This document shows positions 26,610 to 32,000 of a DNA stretch of 32,000 nucleotides, piece by piece. Within the stretch, counting starts at the first letter, position 1, and every line of letters begins with the position of its first letter. The DNA is taken from NCBI RefSeq assembly GCF_000022265.1, contig NC_011979.1, forward strand, positions 1,800,001 through 1,832,000, read 5' to 3'. A model generated the notes under the pieces. That model did no database searches, had not been told where the DNA came from, and saw nothing but the letters and a program-made list of their open reading frames with translations. Origin of the DNA: Geotalea daltonii FRC-32 (GTDB lineage Bacteria > Desulfobacterota > Desulfuromonadia > Geobacterales > Geobacteraceae). Made by a program: the position numbers and the translations under genes.

Positions 26610-27488
26610 ATGAATAGTACCGGGGTGCTGACAAATAATAGGGAACTGAGCAACAGAAATGAGCTGACCGAACCCGTGCTGGTGCGCTGGCTGCTGATTG
26701 CCGTGGCACTGGCATTTCTGGGCCTGTTCCTGGTGGTTCCCCTGGCGGCGGTCTTCAGCCAGGCCCTGGAGAAAGGGTTCGACGTCTATCTTGCTTCCCT
26801 GAAGGAGCAGGATGCCGTTGCCGCCATCAAACTGACCCTTGTCACTGCCTTGGTCAGCGTGCCGTTGAACCTGTTCTTCGGTGTTGTTGCCGCCTGGGCC
26901 ATTGCCAAATTCGATTTCCCCGGCAAAAGCTTCCTCATCACCTTGATAGATCTCCCTTTTTCCGTGTCACCGGTTATATCAGGCCTCATCTACGTGCTGC
27001 TCTTCGGCCTGCAGGGGTGGCTGGGCCCGTGGCTCCAGGAGCACGACATCAAGATCATCTTTGCCGTGCCGGGTATCATTCTGGCTACCATTTTCGTCAC
27101 CTTTCCCTTTGTGGCCCGTGAGTTGATTCCCCTCATGGAATCCCAGGGGAAAGACGAGGAGGAGGCAGCACTGGTATTGGGAGCGAGCGGCTGGCAAACC
27201 TTTTGGAGGGTTACCCTTCCCAATATCCGCTGGGGTATCCTTTACGGCGTCATTCTCTGTAATGCCAGGGCCATGGGGGAATTCGGCGCGGTATCCGTCG
27301 TTTCCGGCCACGTGCGCGGCTCCACCAATACCATTCCGCTGCATGTGGAGATTCTCTACAACGAGTACAATTATGTGGCCGCCTTTGCCGTGGCGTCACT
27401 TCTGGGGATGCTGGCAGTCGTCACACTGGTTGCCAAGAGTTTAGTCGAGTGGCGGATAAAGGCTGTGAAGAGGGACGGTGATTGGTGA
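26610..27488 (+). CDS. cysW: Sulfate ABC transporter permease CysW
   Basis: Permease fold with EAA loop [34 protein letters not shown] precedes the ATG. The last 7 codons (VKRDGDW) are encoded by a repeat unit. Confidence 0.9.
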   Translation: MNSTGVLTNNRELSNRNELTEPVLVRWLLIAVALAFLGLFLVVPLAAVFSQALEKGFDVYLASLKEQDAVAAIKLTLVTALVSVPLNLFFGVVAAWAIAKFDFPGKSFLITLIDLPFSVSPVISGLIYVLLFGLQGWLGPWLQEHDIKIIFAVPGIILATIFVTFPFVARELIPLMESQGKDEEEAALVLGASGWQTFWRVTLPNIRWGILYGVILCNARAMGEFGAVSVVSGHVRGSTNTIPLHVEILYNEYNYVAAFAVASLLGMLAVVTLVAKSLVEWRIKAVKRDGDW

Positions 27489-27518
27489 AGAGGGACGGTG
27501 ATTGGTGATTGGTGATTG
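27465..27518 (+). repeat. 20-bp tandem duplication (GTGAAGAGGGACGGTGATTG x2) followed by GTGATTG x2
   Basis: Copies at 27465-27484 and 27485-27504 are identical, followed by heptamers at 27505 and 27512. The cysW stop TGA (27486-88) lies at the junction. Confidence 0.95.
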
Positions 27519-27567
27519 GTGCCGGGTAAATAGTGACGTGAATTAAAGAAATGGGGCTAGATAGAGC

Positions 27568-28638
27568 ATGAGCATTGAAGTCAGAAATATAACCAAGACC
27601 TTCGGCGGTTTTACCGCCCTCAAGGATGTCAGTGTCAATATCCCCACGGGAGAGCTGATCGCTCTCCTGGGTCCTTCCGGTTGCGGCAAGACCAGTCTTT
27701 TGCGGATCATTGCCGGTCTGGAAACGCCCGATGGGGGAAGTATCCATTTTAACGGCGCGGACACCACCAGGCACGAAGTACGCGAACGTAAAGTGGGTTT
27801 CGTGTTCCAGCACTACGCACTGTTCAAGCACATGACCGTCTTCGACAACATCGCCTTTGGGCTGCAGGTGAGGCCCCGCAAAACGCGGCCGACAAGGGAA
27901 GAGATCGCCGCCAAGGTTCACGAATTGATCCGGTTGGTGCAGCTGGAAGGAATGGCCCAGCGCTATCCGTCCCAGCTTTCCGGCGGGCAGCGGCAGCGGG
28001 TGGCCTTGGCCAGGGCGCTGGCCGTGGAGCCCCAGGTGCTGCTCCTGGATGAGCCCTTCGGCGCCCTGGATGCCCGGGTCAGGCAGGAACTGCGCCGCTG
28101 GCTGCGGCGGCTCCATGATGAGCTGCACATCACCAGCGTCTTCGTCACCCACGACCAGGAAGAGGCGCTGGAAGTGGCCGACCGGGTGGTGATCATGAAT
28201 GCCGGCCAGGTGGAGCAGGCCGGCACCCCGGAAGAGGTTTATGATCATCCGGCTACCCCCTTTGTCTACAACTTCCTCGGCAACGTCAACCTTTTCCATG
28301 GCCGGGTAAACCAGGGGCAGGCCAAACTTGGGGAGATGGAGCTCTCCACCCCGGAACTGGCAGCGGTGCCGGACCGTCCTGCAGTGGGTTACGTGCGTCC
28401 CCATGACCTGGAGCTTGAGCGGAACTACTCGAACAGTTCCTCGGTGGAGGCTTCGATTCGTCACATCCATGCCGTCGGGCCGGTGGTACGGATAGAGCTG
28501 GAGCGGGGAGATACCTTCGAGATTCTGGAAGCGGAATTGACCAAGGACGTTTACCAGAAGCTGGCTCCCCAGGTGGGGGAGAAGGTCTTTGTCCGGCCGA
28601 GGAAATACCGGGTATTCGTCGATGACTACCAGATCTGA
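27568..28638 (+). CDS. cysA: Sulfate ABC transporter ATP-binding protein CysA
   Basis: Has Walker [10 protein letters not shown], signature [15 protein letters not shown], Walker B LLLDEPF and a C-terminal regulatory (TOBE-like) domain. Confidence 0.9.
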   Translation: MSIEVRNITKTFGGFTALKDVSVNIPTGELIALLGPSGCGKTSLLRIIAGLETPDGGSIHFNGADTTRHEVRERKVGFVFQHYALFKHMTVFDNIAFGLQVRPRKTRPTREEIAAKVHELIRLVQLEGMAQRYPSQLSGGQRQRVALARALAVEPQVLLLDEPFGALDARVRQELRRWLRRLHDELHITSVFVTHDQEEALEVADRVVIMNAGQVEQAGTPEEVYDHPATPFVYNFLGNVNLFHGRVNQGQAKLGEMELSTPELAAVPDRPAVGYVRPHDLELERNYSNSSSVEASIRHIHAVGPVVRIELERGDTFEILEAELTKDVYQKLAPQVGEKVFVRPRKYRVFVDDYQI

Positions 28639-28663
28639 TGCGGAGGCAACAACCGGGGGTAAT

Positions 28664-28831
28664 ATGCAGAACAATGGGGAGGGTTCGGGCAGACAGCTCT
28701 GGAGCATTGAACTGGAAGAGAAGGTCAAGGATTCATTGGCCAGCATTCGCTTCGGCACCCTCACCCTGATCATTCAGGACGGCAAGGTGATCCGGATGGA
28801 TCGCAACGAAAAGATAAGGCTGACCCAATAA
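28664..28831 (+). CDS. YezD/DUF2292-like small protein
   Basis: 55 codons. The FGTLTLIIQDGKVIRMDRNEKIRL core matches the small YezD-type proteins often found next to sulfate transport genes. Start ATG 28664 chosen behind GGGGG. Confidence 0.65.
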   Translation: MQNNGEGSGRQLWSIELEEKVKDSLASIRFGTLTLIIQDGKVIRMDRNEKIRLTQ

Positions 28832-28855
28832 CGATGGCGGGCGGAAGATTCTCCG

Positions 28856-29024
28856 CTAGGAGTCTGTCTGACTTAGGGGATCGTAGCGAGAGGATAGCAG
28901 GTCGAGGACAGATTTACGGAAATTTGAAGACGAATAGTGGACCTATTGGTCGAAAATTTCCGGGAATATGGACCGATCTGCTATTCTCGCAGCAGATTCA
29001 TTCCTAAGTCCGACAGACTCCTAG
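28856..29024 (+). repeat. ~170-nt extended imperfect palindrome (long hairpin) in the cys operon 3' UTR
   Basis: The outer arms CTAGGAGTCTGTCTGACTTAGG (28856-77) and CCTAAGTCCGACAGACTCCTAG (29003-24) pair at 21/22. Inner segments pair further (GCGAGAGGATAGCAGGTCG with CGATCTGCTATTCTCGC; CGGAAATTT with AAATTTCCG), and the apical hairpin is AATAG-TGGAC-CTATT. Confidence 0.85.
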
Positions 29025-29064
29025 GCATTGATAATCATAACCATTAGTTGACCAGGCTGACTGG

Positions 29065-29105
29065 AGGCTAAGTTAATCCCACGGGATAGCTTGGCCTTTT
29101 TTTTT
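29065..29105 (+). terminator. Rho-independent terminator of the cysPTWA-yezD transcript
   Basis: Stem AGGCTAAG/CTTGGCCT (one G-U pair) with inner stem ATCC/GGAT, followed by a run of 9 T (29097-29105). Confidence 0.7.
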
Positions 29106-29311
29106 CTCCGGGCTTTGAAAAACTACTGCGAGGCCGATCTGCGGCATTACCGCTCGCTCGGAAACTCAACGTACTTCGTGTACGTTTCGTCTCCTCGCTC
29201 ATGAGGAGGCCGAAATGCAAGGCTCAAGTGACGTTTTTCAAGGCCCTGATATCTGCACGTTTTTTCCAGTTCCTTCAACTGAAGGATATTTCAATAAAAG
29301 GAGCGATAGCT

Positions 29312-30511
29312 ATGGCGAAGCAAAGGTATCTGTTTACATCGGAATCGGTCACCGAAGGCCATCCGGACAAGCTGGCGGATCAGATTTCAGACTCGGTGCT
29401 GGATGCGATTCTGGAACAGGACCCCCTGGCGAGAGTTGCCTGTGAAACCAGCCTCAATACTGGATTAGCCCTGGTGACGGGAGAAATTACAACACTGGCA
29501 CGGCCGGAGATAGCCAAAATCGTCCGCAACACCATCAGGGAGGTTGGCTATGATCATCCCGACTATGGCTTCGACGGGAAAACAGCCGCAGTCCTTGTTT
29601 CGGTGGATGAACAGTCGCCCGACATTGCCCAGGGAGTGAACCGGGCGCTGGAAGCACGCCGGAACGGTGATCATGACGGTTATCTGGACTCGGTTGGGGC
29701 AGGAGACCAGGGGATGGTGTTCGGTTTTGCCACCGATGAAACGCCGCAGTTTCTCCCCACCAGTATTGCCTTGGCCCATGGCCTTTCCCGCCGCCTGGCT
29801 GAAGCAAGGAAAAGCGGTGACATATCCTATCTACGCCCGGATGGCAAAAGCCAGGTGACGGTGGAATATGAAGGAGACCGGCCGGTGCGGGTGGATACTA
29901 TCGTTATCTCGGCACAACACGCTCCCGAGGTTGAGCTTGAACAGATTCGCAAAGACATCATCGCCCAGGTGATCGAACCGGTCATACCTGATGGATTGCT
30001 GGACGACAAAACGAAGATCTATGTCAATCCCACCGGCCGTTTCGTCGTCGGCGGACCCCATGGCGATGCGGGGCTGACCGGCCGCAAGATTATTGTCGAT
30101 ACCTACGGCGGTTTTGCCCGGCATGGGGGGGGCGCCTTTTCGGGAAAAGATCCCACGAAAGTTGATCGTTCCGGCGCCTATGCGGCACGTTATGTGGCGA
30201 AGAATGTGGTTGCTGCAGGCCTTGCCAGGAGGTTGGAAGTTCAGATTGCATACGCAATCGGCGTGGCGCGGCCGGTTTCCATATTTGTCGACAGCTTCGG
30301 CACAAGTGAATTCACCAATAGCGAACTTGCCGAGCTGATAGCAGCCAACTTCGATCTGCGCCCAGCGGCAATCATAGAGCAGCTCGATCTGCGCCGCCCG
30401 ATCTACCGGCAGACTGCCGCCTATGGTCACTTTGGCCGGACTGATCTGGATCTTCCCTGGGAACGAACTGACAAGGCTGAGCAGCTCAAGCAGGCGGTAA
30501 TAAAACAGTGA
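29312..30511 (+). CDS. metK: S-adenosylmethionine synthetase
   Basis: ATG 29312 lies behind AAAGGAG. Conserved segments are [33 protein letters not shown] and [19 protein letters not shown]. The track ORF's upstream extension from 29201 has no support. Confidence 0.95.
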   Translation: MAKQRYLFTSESVTEGHPDKLADQISDSVLDAILEQDPLARVACETSLNTGLALVTGEITTLARPEIAKIVRNTIREVGYDHPDYGFDGKTAAVLVSVDEQSPDIAQGVNRALEARRNGDHDGYLDSVGAGDQGMVFGFATDETPQFLPTSIALAHGLSRRLAEARKSGDISYLRPDGKSQVTVEYEGDRPVRVDTIVISAQHAPEVELEQIRKDIIAQVIEPVIPDGLLDDKTKIYVNPTGRFVVGGPHGDAGLTGRKIIVDTYGGFARHGGGAFSGKDPTKVDRSGAYAARYVAKNVVAAGLARRLEVQIAYAIGVARPVSIFVDSFGTSEFTNSELAELIAANFDLRPAAIIEQLDLRRPIYRQTAAYGHFGRTDLDLPWERTDKAEQLKQAVIKQ

Positions 30512-30571
30512 ATGGTGAATGGTGAAGAGTGAAGAGTGAAGAGTGAAGAGTGAAGAGTGAAGAGTGAAAGG
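30509..30571 (+). repeat. Nine-unit tandem heptamer array: TGAATGG x2, TGAAGAG x6, TGAAAGG x1
   Basis: Units begin at 30509,16,23,30,37,44,51,58,65 with no gaps. The first TGA is the metK stop. The last unit runs into AAAGGAG, the SD for the ATG at 30581. Confidence 0.95.
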
Positions 30572-30580
30572 AGAATTGTC

Positions 30581-31834
30581 ATGTCCGTTGCTTTGAAACG
30601 AACATTCGAAAATGAACTGAGCCTGAACGAGGTGGTGGAAAAGTATCCCGATGTGCCGAGGCTGATTGCGCTGAAGATCGACGCGCAGAGGCGGGGAGTC
30701 CATTACACGGAGCGTGCCCTGGCCTCTATCGACGATACGGTGCAGATGCGCAGCCCTTACATCTTCGGCTCCCGGGACGGCGAGATCAAACCGCTGCCCG
30801 AATCGATCCTGCTCAGGGACGGAACCTCAATCCTCACCGATCCGACGCCCCTTGAGCAGAATCCCTATCTTGTCGACCTGGTGGACGGTCGCTTGGCGCT
30901 CGTTGATGGCGGGGAACCGGTCGAATTTGTGGAACTATGGCCGAAGCCGCTCTACTACGACAAAAAAACCAGTTCCGGCGTGCCAATGAGTCATATCGCC
31001 AGCGCCAGGCCGCAGCGGCTCAACATCTTCCAGTCAAGCTTCTGCCATTTCTGGGCGGAAAAACAGGAATGCCGCTTCTGCGACATTGTCAATCATACCA
31101 AACAACAGAAAGACGCCCTGGGAGTGCCGACCAGGTTGAAACCGGAAGACGTGTCGGAAACGGTGCGCGAGGCGCTCAAGGAGCCGGGTCGTTTCACCAG
31201 CATGTGCCTGACTGCCGGCTCAGTTCTCAAAGGTGAGGAGATCTTTGACCGGGAGGTGGACTACTACATCGAGACCCTTCAGGCCATCGGCGAGAATTTC
31301 ACCACCAAGAAGTTTCCAAGTCAGTTGATCGCTTCAGCCTTCAATGAGAGGCAGTTGGCGCGCCTCTACGAGCAGACGGGACTTACCAGTTATACCAGCG
31401 ATCTGGAGGTGCTGGGGGAAAAGATGTTTAATTGGATCTGCCCTGGCAAGGCTCAGTCGGTCGGCTATCGGGAGTGGCAACAGCGCCTGATCCGGGCTGT
31501 GGATATCTTCGGCCGGGGGAATGTTGGTACCGGTTTGGTGGGAGGGGTGGAACTGGCCAAGCCGAGCGGCTTTACCCGTGAAGACGACGCCTTGGCATCG
31601 ACCCTGGCTGAAGCGGAATACCTGGCGGAGAATGGTGTGACGACCGTTTACATCGTTTGGGTGCCACGCCCCGGTTCCTATTTCCGCGATCAGCAAAATC
31701 CATCACTTGAATACTTCGTCCGGTTGGCCAGGGGACTCCACAACCTGCGGGTGAAATACAATTTAGGCGTCGATTTCGATGATTATCGCCGTTGCGGCAA
31801 TCATCCGGACACGGATCTTTCACGGCTTCTTTAA
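30581..31834 (+). CDS. Radical-SAM-like protein with atypical CX8CX2C cluster motif, family not recognised
   Basis: 417 codons from ATG 30581 behind AAAGGAG. The only cysteine triad near the expected position is CHFWAEKQECRFC, whereas the canonical radical SAM motif is CX3CX2C. It has a ~150-aa N-terminal extension. The assignment is tentative. Confidence 0.5.
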   Translation: MSVALKRTFENELSLNEVVEKYPDVPRLIALKIDAQRRGVHYTERALASIDDTVQMRSPYIFGSRDGEIKPLPESILLRDGTSILTDPTPLEQNPYLVDLVDGRLALVDGGEPVEFVELWPKPLYYDKKTSSGVPMSHIASARPQRLNIFQSSFCHFWAEKQECRFCDIVNHTKQQKDALGVPTRLKPEDVSETVREALKEPGRFTSMCLTAGSVLKGEEIFDREVDYYIETLQAIGENFTTKKFPSQLIASAFNERQLARLYEQTGLTSYTSDLEVLGEKMFNWICPGKAQSVGYREWQQRLIRAVDIFGRGNVGTGLVGGVELAKPSGFTREDDALASTLAEAEYLAENGVTTVYIVWVPRPGSYFRDQQNPSLEYFVRLARGLHNLRVKYNLGVDFDDYRRCGNHPDTDLSRLL

Positions 31835-31852
31835 AGGGAAAGGAGACAGATA

Positions 31853-32000
31853 ATGGCTGTACAACTGACCAAGGAAATTATCGACCTGCTGAATAATCAC
31901 GAGAGTACGAAGGTGTTGTCCACCCTGGATGGTGACGACTTTCCCCATGCAGCAGTGAAAGAGTCGCTGCTGGCAGGGGAAGACGGCAATATCCTTTATC
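31853..32000 (+). CDS. Pyridoxamine 5'-phosphate oxidase-family (FMN-binding split barrel) protein, N-terminal fragment
   Basis: ATG 31853 lies behind AAAGGAGA. MAVQLTKEIIDLLNNHESTKVLSTLDGDDFPHAAVKESL resembles the N-terminus of PNPOx-like proteins. The ORF runs off the window. Confidence 0.5.
   Translation, partial: MAVQLTKEIIDLLNNHESTKVLSTLDGDDFPHAAVKESLLAGEDGNILY

Noticed and set aside
29106-29311. SAM riboswitch (S-box or SAM-II type) in the metK leader
   Set aside because: I found small hairpins (AACGTAC-TTCGT-GTACGTT; CTCCTC-GCTCAT-GAGGAG) but none of the conserved S-box core strings (for example GAGGGA...GGCCC...GCAACC). A covariance-model search would be needed to exclude other classes.
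29201-29311. Upstream extension of the metK ORF (track start at 29201); the same applies to the track starts at 3895, 14761, 17850, 18724, 19338, 10010, 14271, 22741, 28589 and 30557
   Set aside because: The conserved N-termini, signal peptides or TAT motifs begin at internal Met codons that have good SD sequences. The extensions overlap upstream genes or lack an SD.
1-32000. tRNA, rRNA, transposase/IS elements and integrase genes
   Set aside because: None was recognised on either strand. The only mobile-context signal is the Fic/HTH pair and its compositional shift.

Overview
GC-rich chromosomal segment whose proteins look Geobacter/Desulfuromonadales-like (inference from protein motifs only, no search run). 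Left to right: a MOSC-domain gene fragment; a histidine kinase and NtrC-type sigma-54 activator pair lying divergent to formate dehydrogenase cluster 1 (TAT-exported selenocysteine fdnG, fdnH, NrfD-type membrane subunit, mobA, tatA), which has a textbook -24/-12 promoter; a secreted S8 protease; a glycine-zipper membrane protein; a lower-GC insert carrying a Fic/HTH pair ('mobile mystery protein' B/A type); formate dehydrogenase cluster 2 (second Sec-fdnG, fdnH, cytochrome b fdnI, fdhE, mobA); a large lipoprotein of unknown function; fdhD; an Rrf2 regulator; cysPTWA plus a yezD-like gene; metK; an atypical radical-SAM-like gene; and the start of a PNPOx-like gene. No rRNA, tRNA, CRISPR array or transposase was seen. 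The most unusual signal is non-coding. A family of tandem heptamer arrays (TGATTGG, TGAATGG, TGAAGAG, and CTAGGTT on the opposite strand) sits in four intergenic spacers, with a degenerate fifth. Each clear array starts at, adjoins or spans the upstream gene's stop codon, and because 7 is not a multiple of 3 it places stop codons in all three frames. Two arrays end in or contain the Shine-Dalgarno (SD) sequence of the next gene. Other points worth a second look are a ~170-nt extended palindrome in the cys operon 3' UTR, TGTAAACG motifs bracketing the sigma-54 promoter, a shared 15-bp operator-like motif around the Rrf2 gene, and the Fic/HTH insert. Most long antisense ORFs in the track are GC-driven shadow ORFs.
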